Counted from the stretch's first letter, positions 9,343 to 18,561 are shown. The stretch: DNA of 64,000 nt from an uncultured Nitrospinota bacterium (GCA_964344185.1 CAYFMN010000007.1:36954-100953), one strand, 5' to 3'. Notes: generated by a model from the sequence alone, not told the origin. Numbers and translations: made by a program.

Positions 9343-10116
9343 ATGCGCTCATCAAAATTTAAAGTTTTATATTGTATTTTTGGCTCACTTTTTTTCGCAT
9401 TTGGGATTTCTATTTTCTGCCCCACTCACTCTTGGGCTTTAATACAAAAGCTAGATACAAATCAAGATGGAAAAATCGATCAATGGCGCACATTTTCAAA
9501 AGATCGGAAATTGGTGAAGATTGAGTATGATTCCGATTTTAATGGCGCAATTGATCAAAGGGATGTGTATAATTCGCAAACCTTTGTGATCAAAATGGAA
9601 CGCGACCAGAATGGCGATGGAGTCATAGACTATATTCAATATTACGATAACCAAAGAAACTTAAGCCAAATTGACGCAGATACACAGTTTGATGGGAAAA
9701 TAGATCATAGAGAGTTTTATAGGCAGGGCAAAGATTTAATAAAAATTGAAAGAGATTTGAACTTTGATGGGAAGACCGATCTTTGGCAATATTTTGATTC
9801 ATCCGGTAAACAAACCCGAATTTCTTTCGATATTGACTTTGACGGAGTAGCCGACAGGTGGGATTTATTAAATAACGAACAGGTCTTTCAAATTGCCATA
9901 TTCGATTCCAATAAAGATCAAAAACCCGATCAATGGCAATTTTTCAACTCATCTTCCGAACTTGAGAAAATTCATTTCGATACAAATGCGGATGGTTCGC
10001 CCGATAGATGGGAATACTTTGATAATAATGGCGAAGCCGTACGCGCGCTAATTGACAAAAATTTTGACGGTATTGCAGATCAAGAAAAAATAAGGGGAGA
10101 ACCCAGTGAAAACTAA
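9343..10116 (+). CDS. secreted protein built of nine tandem ~25-aa DxDxDG (calcium-binding-type) repeats
   Basis: N-terminal signal/TM segment, then the repeats LDTNQDGKIDQW, DSDFNGAIDQR, DQNGDGVIDYI, DTQFDGKIDHR, DLNFDGKTDLW, DIDFDGVADRW, DSNKDQKPDQW, DTNADGSPDRW and DKNFDGIADQE at a 25-residue period. Confidence 0.6.
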   Translation: MRSSKFKVLYCIFGSLFFAFGISIFCPTHSWALIQKLDTNQDGKIDQWRTFSKDRKLVKIEYDSDFNGAIDQRDVYNSQTFVIKMERDQNGDGVIDYIQYYDNQRNLSQIDADTQFDGKIDHREFYRQGKDLIKIERDLNFDGKTDLWQYFDSSGKQTRISFDIDFDGVADRWDLLNNEQVFQIAIFDSNKDQKPDQWQFFNSSSELEKIHFDTNADGSPDRWEYFDNNGEAVRALIDKNFDGIADQEKIRGEPSEN

Positions 10117-10507
10117 AAACTATCTACTGCTATTTACAACTTTATTCTTTCTTGCAAGTTGTGGAGGCGCTCCTCCCCCTAACTTACAAGTGCCACCAGA
10201 ATACAAACCAGGTCAAACATACTTCCATACTGTCTGCTCAAATTGCCACGGCCCAGACGCTCTCTCCAAAGGAAGCTTTAAAGCCCCAAAACTAATAGAC
10301 GCAGAATACTTGCCAGGAAACTTCTCTGACGATGATATTCGAGATACGATAAACAACGGCACTGATAAAATGCCGTCACAACGCAGCAAGTTTAATGAAA
10401 AGCAAATCGACGAAATCATAAAATACCTCCGTTACTCACAAAGAGCGGCCGGACTAAACGAGGAAGAAGAAGAATCGGAGGAAGATCTTGAAAAAGAGGA
10501 AGAATAG
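10106..10507 (+). CDS. monohaem class I cytochrome c lipoprotein with acidic C-terminal tail
   Basis: Lipobox LFFLASC, haem site CSNCHG, distal Met candidate in DKMPS, and the tail EEEEESEEDLEKEEE. GTG start overlaps the upstream gene by 11 nt. Confidence 0.7.
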   Translation: MKTKNYLLLFTTLFFLASCGGAPPPNLQVPPEYKPGQTYFHTVCSNCHGPDALSKGSFKAPKLIDAEYLPGNFSDDDIRDTINNGTDKMPSQRSKFNEKQIDEIIKYLRYSQRAAGLNEEEEESEEDLEKEEE

Positions 10508-10561
10508 CCAGAATGTAAAAGCTATTGTTACACTACATAGAGGCATGAATACCGTTTCTTT

Positions 10562-11629
10562 ATGGGAAGGCTAATAATGGCCGACCGCCTATTTCCAAAA
10601 ATAAAACCTGTTTTAGAGTCGAATCTACAAAAAGCTCAATCCCATTTAAACGTTTTAACCAAACCACCTGGAAGCCTTGGGAGGCTTGAAGAGTTAGCCA
10701 AACGCTATGTAGCCATTCGCAATGGCGATTCAACGCTGAACAAAAAATCCATTTTTGTCTTTTCCAGCGATCACGGCGTCGCCAAAGAAGGAGTTAGCGC
10801 ATATCCGAAAGAAGTTACCCAACAAATGGTTTATAACTTCTTATCAGATGGAGCGGCAATAAACGTTCTTGCCAGACATATCCAAGCGGAAGTGATTGTA
10901 GTCGACATGGGCGTTGACCATGACTTTGGAAATATTGAAGGAATCATTTCCAAAAAAATAGGTAAAGGCACCCAAAATATGATGGAAACCCCCGCTATGA
11001 CGCGGGATCAGGCAATCCAATCTTTACAAACTGGATTTGATCTGGCCGTTGAATGGTCTTCCAATGGGACCGATGTTTTTGCCGCAGGAGAAATGGGAAT
11101 TGGAAACTCAACTTCAGCCGCTGCGATTATGGCAGCTTTTGACAACGTTCCCATCGAACTCACTACAGGTCCGGGAGCTGGAATTAACGAAGCCGGACTT
11201 AGAAAAAAAATCGAGGTCGTACGTACCGCTCTTCAAACCAATAAACCGGACCCTGACGACCCTATCGATGTTTTATCAAAAGTAGGCGGTTTTGAAATCG
11301 GAGGAATGGCGGGTTTAATTTTAGGAGCCGCCGAACGTAAAAAAGCCATTATAGTCGACGGTTTAATTTCTGGCGCTGCGGCGACAATTGCGTTCAAAAT
11401 AGACCCCATCGTTTCTGACTATGTTTTCACATCCCATCAATCTACCGAGCCAGGCCACAAATTATTCTTTCAACTTTATAATCAAACTCCTTTATTCAAT
11501 TTCCAAATGAGACTTGGCGAAGGCACTGGAGCCGCATTAGGAATCAGTATATTAGAAAGCGCCGTAAAAATTTATAACGAAATGGCAACTTTTGAATCAG
11601 CGGGAATTTCGAACAAAAAACCCTCCTAA
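10562..11629 (+). CDS. cobT: nicotinate-nucleotide--dimethylbenzimidazole phosphoribosyltransferase
   Basis: LTKPPGSLGRLEELA, FSSDHGV, GEMGIGNSTSAAA and RLGEGTGAAL motifs. Confidence 0.9.
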   Translation: MGRLIMADRLFPKIKPVLESNLQKAQSHLNVLTKPPGSLGRLEELAKRYVAIRNGDSTLNKKSIFVFSSDHGVAKEGVSAYPKEVTQQMVYNFLSDGAAINVLARHIQAEVIVVDMGVDHDFGNIEGIISKKIGKGTQNMMETPAMTRDQAIQSLQTGFDLAVEWSSNGTDVFAAGEMGIGNSTSAAAIMAAFDNVPIELTTGPGAGINEAGLRKKIEVVRTALQTNKPDPDDPIDVLSKVGGFEIGGMAGLILGAAERKKAIIVDGLISGAAATIAFKIDPIVSDYVFTSHQSTEPGHKLFFQLYNQTPLFNFQMRLGEGTGAALGISILESAVKIYNEMATFESAGISNKKPS

Positions 11630-11732
11630 AAATTAGCTTAATTTAAACGAATTATTAGCCCAAAAAATTTTCAAGAAATCAAAAAATATTACAACTTCAA
11701 AATGGTTTATCATACGACGTTAATCTAAAAAA

Positions 11733-13667
11733 ATGACTTCGTCGCTAAAAAAATATTTATTTTTTGTAATTTTTTGTCTTCTTCTAGTTTTAATAATTTT
11801 TGAAGTTTTACTGAGTGCGTTAGCTCCTCAAAACATACCTCATACTTTATTAGCTCCTGCATTTGGAATTCCTGACGCATCGATAGCAAACCTTAAAACC
11901 AATCTAAATTTCCACGACAAGTTTAATTTCAACATAATCACCAATGAAAAACGGCTTCGGGAATCCCGCGCAATATCTTATGAAAAACCGCGCGGCACAT
12001 TCCGTATTCTTTGCCTTGGAGACTCGATTTTGTTCGGCCCAGGAGTCGAATATCAAGAAACCTTTTCTTATCAGCTTGAGAAACTTTTAAATCAAAACTT
12101 TTCTAATAGAAAGTTTGAGGTTATTAACGCTGCCGTATCAGGCTGGAGCCCTGTTGAGTATCTGACATACTTTAGAAGAGAAGGTTTTAAATTTTTTCCA
12201 GACTTGGTATTAATCTCAAAATATATCGATGATATCGACGGACTCAGATCGGAACGTATTAAATTTGAAAAACTAGATTTTCAACAAATTTCAGATAACG
12301 AAATACTCGTAGAAATTGGAAAACTTAAAGTAAAAGAAGAAAAAGATAACCCGCTAACATTATTGCTAGATTATCTTTTAAATAATTTATGGCTTGGAAA
12401 ACTTTCCGAGAATTATATGGTATTTCACAGAATCCGAGAACAAATTCAAAGCATATATTTGGAAACAAGCGAAATAAATTTCTCAAAAAATAGTTCTTTG
12501 GAAGAGTTTTTACATAAAGCTGATCCTTCAAATAAGAAAAAAATAGTTTGGTCGATTAAGGATTCAACTCTGTCAAATATAGAAATTCCTTCTTTAAGTC
12601 AACTTCGATATGATTTCGTAATAGCAGAGTTAAAAAAGAACATACTTAAAAATGGAGCTAAGGCATTATTACTGGAACTTCCAACTTTTCAGCAAGCTTA
12701 TAAGATGGTCCATTATAAACTTCAAAATCCTCACACAAAAAAAACCTTAGATAAATTTTCTCTTATAGATAGCATGACTAAATTTCAATCCACAAACAAT
12801 ATGCCTTTGTTCTTTCCTAAAGATTCTCATTGGACGCCTGCAGGTCATCTATTTGCCGCAATGGTAACCTTTAACGAAATATCAAAAAACTTTCTTGAGA
12901 ATAAACATCGAAAAACTATCGCTATCAATTCCCCCGCTACATTGGCAAGCCTTAAAAAAACTAACCAAAGATTGGAAAGCGTATTAAACACCTACCCGCC
13001 ACAAAAATTTATGGATTCCATAGTCCATGCAAATAACAACCGTTTCACTGAAGCAATTAGATCAATGGAACAATATATTCAAACCAACCCTAATGATCCC
13101 GAAGCTCTTTTTTATTTGGGAACTCTCAATCTAGAAATTAAATACCCTGATAGAGCCGCCAAATATTTTGAAAGCGCAATCCAACATCAAAGACCCCCAT
13201 TATCACTGGCTCAAACATTATTTCACGCTGGAAGAGCTTATTTCCAACTTAAGAAATATGACAAAGCCGTAACTTTTTTTGAGAAGGCATCCAGATATAA
13301 AGATTTTGATCAGGGCGAAGTTTATAATTTCCTGGCTCAAACTTATTTCTGGTCAAAACAATATTCTCTCGCTGAACAAACCTGGAAAAAAGCTATTCAA
13401 ATAAAACCAAACATTACGAAATATTATAATATTCTGGGTTCATTTTTTCTGGAAACAGGGCAAATCAAACAAGCCGTAAAACAATTTAAAGTTGCGCAAA
13501 AAATCGACCCTAAACATCCAAAATCCTATTTCTTACAGGGATTAGCCTACCTTAAATTAAATCAACGAGAAAATGCTCAAGCAATGTTTTCAAAAGTCCT
13601 GGAATTCGAGCCGCAAAACCAGCTGGCCAAACAATATTTAAAACAACTTAATAGCTATGAAAATTGA
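11733..13667 (+). CDS. membrane-anchored SGNH/AlgX-AlgJ-like hydrolase or acyltransferase domain fused to C-terminal TPR repeats
   Basis: N-terminal TM helix, block I ILCLGDSILFGPG, block II NAAVSGWSP, KDSHWTPAGH (the D-x-H-W motif of the AlgX/AlgJ-type SGNH-like fold), then about 6 TPR units over the last ~200 aa. Confidence 0.5.
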   Translation: MTSSLKKYLFFVIFCLLLVLIIFEVLLSALAPQNIPHTLLAPAFGIPDASIANLKTNLNFHDKFNFNIITNEKRLRESRAISYEKPRGTFRILCLGDSILFGPGVEYQETFSYQLEKLLNQNFSNRKFEVINAAVSGWSPVEYLTYFRREGFKFFPDLVLISKYIDDIDGLRSERIKFEKLDFQQISDNEILVEIGKLKVKEEKDNPLTLLLDYLLNNLWLGKLSENYMVFHRIREQIQSIYLETSEINFSKNSSLEEFLHKADPSNKKKIVWSIKDSTLSNIEIPSLSQLRYDFVIAELKKNILKNGAKALLLELPTFQQAYKMVHYKLQNPHTKKTLDKFSLIDSMTKFQSTNNMPLFFPKDSHWTPAGHLFAAMVTFNEISKNFLENKHRKTIAINSPATLASLKKTNQRLESVLNTYPPQKFMDSIVHANNNRFTEAIRSMEQYIQTNPNDPEALFYLGTLNLEIKYPDRAAKYFESAIQHQRPPLSLAQTLFHAGRAYFQLKKYDKAVTFFEKASRYKDFDQGEVYNFLAQTYFWSKQYSLAEQTWKKAIQIKPNITKYYNILGSFFLETGQIKQAVKQFKVAQKIDPKHPKSYFLQGLAYLKLNQRENAQAMFSKVLEFEPQNQLAKQYLKQLNSYEN

Positions 13668-13703
13668 AATTAAATGGTTTCCATACACATTTTCCATTAG
13701 ATG

Positions 13704-13732
13704 TTGACAGAGGTTTCTTTTTTGGCTAGATT
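13704..13732 (+). promoter_or_regulatory. sigma-70-type promoter candidate (TTGACA-N17-TAGATT) upstream of the aminotransferase gene
   Basis: TTGACA at 13704-13709, a 17-nt spacer and TAGATT at 13727-13732, 35 nt upstream of the ATG at 13768. Confidence 0.45.
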
Positions 13733-13767
13733 CAATCTTTCCGTTTACTCTTGGAGTTATAAATTTT

Positions 13768-15006
13768 ATGTCCGAAGAAAGCTATATTCAATCCACCTTT
13801 GCCGAACGTATTGGAGGCAGCAAGTTTGGCAAAGATACAACAATTTATAAATTTGAAAAAATTAAGCGCGCTAAAAGAGCGGCGTTAGACGCAAACCCTG
13901 GGAAGGAGTTATTTGATATGGGTGTTGGAGAGCCCGATGAAATGGCTTTTCCAGAAGTTATAAAAACGCTTCAAAGCGAAGCTGAAAAGCCAGAGAACCG
14001 CGGCTACACCGATAATGGTATCGACGAGTTCAAACAAGCCGCTGTTGAATACATGGAAAACGTTTTTGGCGTAAAAGGTTTAGACGCATCTAAACATGTA
14101 AATCACACAATTGGGGCAAAGCCGGGTTTAGCTCTCACGCCGCTGGTTTTCATTAATCCCGGCGACGTTACACTAATGACCGCTCCAGGATATCCTGTAA
14201 TGGGAACCCATACTGAATATCTGGGCGGCAAATCGGTTAACTTAAAATTAGAAGAAACCAACAATTTTTTACCCGACTTAAAGTCAATCGACGCCGATAC
14301 TCGAAAACGGGCTAAAATCCTTTGCTTAAATTACCCCAATAACCCTACTGGGGCTCAAGCTACTTTAGATTTCTATAAAGAAGTTGTCGAGTTCGCAAAA
14401 GAGAACGAAATCGTAGTTATTCAAGATGCCGCTTATGCCGCTCTTGTTTATGATGGAAAACCGTTAAGTTTTCTTTCCGTTCCCGGCGCTATGGAAGTTG
14501 GGGCAGAAATGCATTCGCTATCAAAATCTTATAACATGACAGGATGGCGTATTGGTTTTATTGTGGGAAACGAACTCGTCGTTAAAGGATTCGCTAATAT
14601 GAAAGACAATATTGATTCCGGCCAATTTGCCGCAATTCAAAAAGCTGGAGCTTATTGTTTAAGGCATCCTGAGATCACTGAAAAAATTGGGAACAAATAT
14701 AAAAGAAGATTATCGAAACTTGTGGAAACTTTAAATTCTGTAGGTTTCAAAGCTTCAATGCCAGGAGGAACTTTCTTTCTCTACGTCAAAGCTCCTAAAG
14801 GCATAAAAGGAGGAAGAACTTTTGAATCAGGAGAAGATTTTTCTCAATACATGATCACTGAACATCTAATCTCAACAGTGCCATGGGATAACGTAGGCAA
14901 CTTTGTCCGTTTTTCCGCAACCTTTGCGGCAAACGGAGAAGATGAAGAAAACCGAATCATGGAAGAAATTAAAAATAGATTATCAAAGCAGACTTTTGAG
15001 TTTTAA
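13768..15006 (+). CDS. dapL: class I/II aminotransferase, LL-diaminopimelate aminotransferase-like
   Basis: 412 aa. The N-terminal IYKFEKIKRAK..MGVGEPDEMAFPEV and PLP-lysine context SLSKSYNMTGWRIGF match the DapL-type subgroup by eye. Subfamily assignment needs an HMM. Confidence 0.6.
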   Translation: MSEESYIQSTFAERIGGSKFGKDTTIYKFEKIKRAKRAALDANPGKELFDMGVGEPDEMAFPEVIKTLQSEAEKPENRGYTDNGIDEFKQAAVEYMENVFGVKGLDASKHVNHTIGAKPGLALTPLVFINPGDVTLMTAPGYPVMGTHTEYLGGKSVNLKLEETNNFLPDLKSIDADTRKRAKILCLNYPNNPTGAQATLDFYKEVVEFAKENEIVVIQDAAYAALVYDGKPLSFLSVPGAMEVGAEMHSLSKSYNMTGWRIGFIVGNELVVKGFANMKDNIDSGQFAAIQKAGAYCLRHPEITEKIGNKYKRRLSKLVETLNSVGFKASMPGGTFFLYVKAPKGIKGGRTFESGEDFSQYMITEHLISTVPWDNVGNFVRFSATFAANGEDEENRIMEEIKNRLSKQTFEF

Positions 15007-15108
15007 CAATGCCTTGGCAATCTCATATCTTAATATCTCAAAAGTTCCACACTCCCCCTGCGCCTTAGGTGTTTACGCTTTAGGCGCGGGCGATAGGTAT
15101 TTCTTTCA

Positions 15109-15606
15109 ATGAAAAAAACCGCTTTTATCGGTATTGGCTCAAATCAAGGGTTAGCCCGAGAAAATTGTGAACAAGCGGTTAAAGAACTAAATTCCCTGGC
15201 AGAAGTTTGGGTTAAGTCGAGTTCTTCTCTCTATGAAACGGCTCCCGTCGGAATCGAAAACCAAGATTGGTTTATCAACTCCGTTGTTAAAATAGAAACG
15301 ACTTTACTTCCACCGGCCTTACTAGAAAAACTGTTGGCAATAGAAGGGAAAATGGGGAGAGTAAGAAGAGTTAAATGGGGACCGCGCATTATAGACCTGG
15401 ATTTACTTTTATACGAAGATTTAATCCTTACAGAGGCAAACCTAAAAATTCCTCATCCAGAGCTACATAAAAGAAAGTTTGTTTTAGAACCTCTTAAAGA
15501 AATCGCTCCTCAATTTCTCCACCCTATTCTTAAAAAACCAATAGAAGAGCTTGCCGCAGAATCTCATCCAAACCAAATTGTAAACAAATTAGCTCCTGCC
15601 TTATAA
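15109..15606 (+). CDS. folK: 2-amino-4-hydroxy-6-hydroxymethyldihydropteridine diphosphokinase
   Basis: YETAPVG, WGPRIIDLDLLLY and IPHPELHKRKFVLEPL motifs. Confidence 0.85.
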   Translation: MKKTAFIGIGSNQGLARENCEQAVKELNSLAEVWVKSSSSLYETAPVGIENQDWFINSVVKIETTLLPPALLEKLLAIEGKMGRVRRVKWGPRIIDLDLLLYEDLILTEANLKIPHPELHKRKFVLEPLKEIAPQFLHPILKKPIEELAAESHPNQIVNKLAPAL

Positions 15607-16785
15607 CTCATCAAGTTCCACCCATTCCATTTTTTCTATCGCTTCTTCAGCTAAACGTTGAAAAGGAAATTTAGTTTCATCATCCTCTAATAATGGACCT
15701 TTTGCCTTTGTAGCTGGGTTTGGAGGCATAAATACTGAACAACAATCTTGATGAGGTTCTATACTAATTTCATAGGTTCCTATTTCTTCCGCTTTTCGGA
15801 TAATATCCAGCTTATCCATTCCGATTAAGGGTCTAAAAACGCTTGTCTTCACCACATCAGAAACCGCCGCTAAGTTTTCTAAAGTTTGGGAAGCGACTTG
15901 ACCTAAAGATTCGCCAGTTATTAAAGCTTGATAACCAAACTGCCTGGAGACATATTCGGAAATTCTATACATCATTCTCCTGTATAAAACAACTCGATTC
16001 TCTGGTCGACATTGATCCCGAATGGCCATCTGAATATCGCCAAAGGGGATAACGCATAACTTTCCTTTATCTTGAAAACGATTTAAAGTTTTTGCTAATC
16101 GGAGAACTTTTTCATAGCCTCCTTTTCCCAAAAAAGTCCGATTTTCAAAAAAAATAAAATGCACTCGGCACCCTCTGCGAATAATCATGTGAGATGCAAC
16201 AGGACTATCAATACCTCCCGAAAGAAGACTTAAAGCTTCTCCGGCCACTCCTACGGGTAATCCACGCAATCCTATATTTTTTCCGCTATATACCCAGGCT
16301 TGATCGCGACCAATTTCAACTTCTAGGACATAGTCGGCATTTTTTATGTCTACCTTCAACCCACAGGAACTCAACTTTTGCATAATGCGAGAACCTATTT
16401 CAAAATCGCATTCAGTAGAGGTCTTATAAAAGGACTTGTCGGAACGCCTTGATCGAACGCAAAATTTTAATTCATCTCTTTCTTGTAATAGAGGTTCGAT
16501 CCATTCAATACCTAGTTTTGCAATCTCTTCGAAATCCCTTGTAATCTCAACGCCAAAACTAAAGGAAGATATTCCCGGTATATTTCGTAATATTGCATCG
16601 CATTGATCTACTGCCTCCAAGTTCATCTGAACGATTACTCTACCGTGAGGAGACAGTACTTTGATATTTTCCAAGTCCTGCAATTTACCGCGAATATTTC
16701 TGGATAGCGCATCCACAAAAAACTTGCGGTTTTTGCCCTTCAAACCAATTTCATCGTATCTTACAATCGCTATTCGTTTTGTCAT
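15601..16785 (-). CDS. thiI: tRNA 4-thiouridine synthase / thiamine sulfur-transfer protein ThiI (no rhodanese domain)
   Basis: N-terminal ferredoxin-like/THUMP region and PP-loop SGGIDSPVA. At 394 aa it ends without a C-terminal rhodanese module. Confidence 0.85.
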   Translation of the reverse strand: MTKRIAIVRYDEIGLKGKNRKFFVDALSRNIRGKLQDLENIKVLSPHGRVIVQMNLEAVDQCDAILRNIPGISSFSFGVEITRDFEEIAKLGIEWIEPLLQERDELKFCVRSRRSDKSFYKTSTECDFEIGSRIMQKLSSCGLKVDIKNADYVLEVEIGRDQAWVYSGKNIGLRGLPVGVAGEALSLLSGGIDSPVASHMIIRRGCRVHFIFFENRTFLGKGGYEKVLRLAKTLNRFQDKGKLCVIPFGDIQMAIRDQCRPENRVVLYRRMMYRISEYVSRQFGYQALITGESLGQVASQTLENLAAVSDVVKTSVFRPLIGMDKLDIIRKAEEIGTYEISIEPHQDCCSVFMPPNPATKAKGPLLEDDETKFPFQRLAEEAIEKMEWVELDEL

Positions 16786-17963
16786 TACCGGTCCTTCTTA
16801 TCGCAAAATGCAGGATATAAGGCTTTATAAACTCGCTCAAACTCTTTGATGAAATAATCCACTTCTTCAAGGCTATTTTCTGGACCAAAAGAAATACGCA
16901 AGCTACAACGGGCTTCTTGCGCAGACAATCCTAAACCTAGTAAAATTTCTGACGGATCCTTTGAGCGAGCGGAACAAGCGCTACCCAACCCAACAAAAAT
17001 ATTCGATTCTTCTAAATGATGTAAAACGACCTCTCCTTCTACGGGAGCAAAACTGAAATTAACAATTGACGGACACCAATCCTCGTCAATTTCCGAATTG
17101 AATTGAATATGCAACTCTGAATTTTTTGTGGAAAGTTCATTTAAGCCTTCAATCAATCTCTGACTTAATTTTCTATATAAATCAGCATTAGCATCCAAAT
17201 CGCGTATTGCAATTTTTATAGCTTCCGTAAAACCTAAAACCAGAGGAACGGAAATAGTTCCCGACCTAATGCCAGACTGTTGCTTGCCTCCATGAACCAT
17301 TGGAGTTAATGAGAGACGAGAATCATAAATTAAAGCTCCTATACCTTTTGGTCCATTAATTTTATGCGCGGATATGGAATATCCCGAAATACAATCCCAA
17401 ATTCCCTTATTAATTGGAACTTTTCCTAAAGCTTGCACACCGTCAAAAAAAAGTTTGACGCGCGGCGCTTTATTCTTAGCATTTTTTCCTATTTGCAGCG
17501 GGTCAATCAGGCTACCCAACTCATTATTGATATGAGATAAACATAACAGCTTTACTGCGGAATCTGATATTTTCTTAAAACAAGCCAGATCCAATCTTCC
17601 GCCAACTCTACAATCACGCAAAGTAGAACACTCTCCTCCTTCTTCCTCTAAAAATTTCAACGTTTCTAACACGCTAGAATGCTCTAATCCCAGAGATACT
17701 ATTTTCTTTTTTGTTCCTCCATACCCTTTTATAAAAAGATTATTCGCCTCACTACCGGAACCAGTAAAAATAACCCGGAAATGTGAAGGCAAAGAAAGTA
17801 GTTTCGCTATTTCTTCTGCGGCGTTTTCAAATTTTCGTTTTGCCTCTAACCCTAACCGATAAACGGTTCCTGAATTCGCAAAATCATTCTCCATCGAACT
17901 AGCAATTACAGAAGTAACCTGCGGGTCCACTCTCGTTGTAGCCGCATTATCAAAATAAATCAT
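16785..17963 (-). CDS. cysteine desulfurase (NifS/NifZ/IscS class V aminotransferase)
   Basis: IYFDNAATT start, PLP-lysine in SAHKINGPKGIGAL, active-site loop GSACSA. The ATG at 17963 is preferred, since the track's 18023 start would overlap ubiX. Its stop overlaps the thiI start by 1 nt. Confidence 0.8.
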   Translation of the reverse strand: MIYFDNAATTRVDPQVTSVIASSMENDFANSGTVYRLGLEAKRKFENAAEEIAKLLSLPSHFRVIFTGSGSEANNLFIKGYGGTKKKIVSLGLEHSSVLETLKFLEEEGGECSTLRDCRVGGRLDLACFKKISDSAVKLLCLSHINNELGSLIDPLQIGKNAKNKAPRVKLFFDGVQALGKVPINKGIWDCISGYSISAHKINGPKGIGALIYDSRLSLTPMVHGGKQQSGIRSGTISVPLVLGFTEAIKIAIRDLDANADLYRKLSQRLIEGLNELSTKNSELHIQFNSEIDEDWCPSIVNFSFAPVEGEVVLHHLEESNIFVGLGSACSARSKDPSEILLGLGLSAQEARCSLRISFGPENSLEEVDYFIKEFERVYKALYPAFCDKKDR

Positions 17964-17985
17964 AATGTTAAAACCAAAAGAAACA

Positions 17986-18561
17986 CTACTGGGGGGAATA
18001 AGGAGGCAATAGTTCTTGATCAATTTCTAAATGTTTTAGAATTCTCGCTACTACAAAATCTACCAAATCGTCAATCGATTCCGGGTTATGATAAAACCCC
18101 GGAGAAGCAGGCAATATTACCGCTCCAGCTTGGTCCAAGGTTAACAAATTTTTCAGATGAATCGCGTTGAAAGGAGTTTCTCTAGGTACAATAACGAGCT
18201 TTGACTTTTCTTTTAAAAATACGTCTGCGGTTCGTTCAATAAGGGTTGAGGAAATTCCTGCGGCAATTCGTCCAACGGTACCCATACTTGCAGGAACAAT
18301 AACCATAGCGGAACCAGGAAAAGATCCGCTTGCCACAGAAACATTCATTTGACTATTTTTATAAAGGATTGCTCCATCTTGTTCGAAGTAATCTTTTTTA
18401 ACTCCTAGTTCTAAATTTATTAGCTCATGACCTCTTTCAGAAATCAAAACATGAATTTCGGCTTTTCCCAGTAAATAATCGAATAACTTTTTTGCATAAC
18501 AAGCCCCACTAGCTCCAGTAATAGCTAAAACAATTTTTTTCATCGAAGTTTCAGCTTCCAT
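17986..18561 (-). CDS. ubiX: flavin prenyltransferase UbiX
   Basis: KKIVLAITGASGACYA..., VIVPASMGT and VIVPRETP, typical of the UbiX/Pad1 flavoprotein family. 191 aa. Confidence 0.85.
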   Translation of the reverse strand: MEAETSMKKIVLAITGASGACYAKKLFDYLLGKAEIHVLISERGHELINLELGVKKDYFEQDGAILYKNSQMNVSVASGSFPGSAMVIVPASMGTVGRIAAGISSTLIERTADVFLKEKSKLVIVPRETPFNAIHLKNLLTLDQAGAVILPASPGFYHNPESIDDLVDFVVARILKHLEIDQELLPPYSPQ

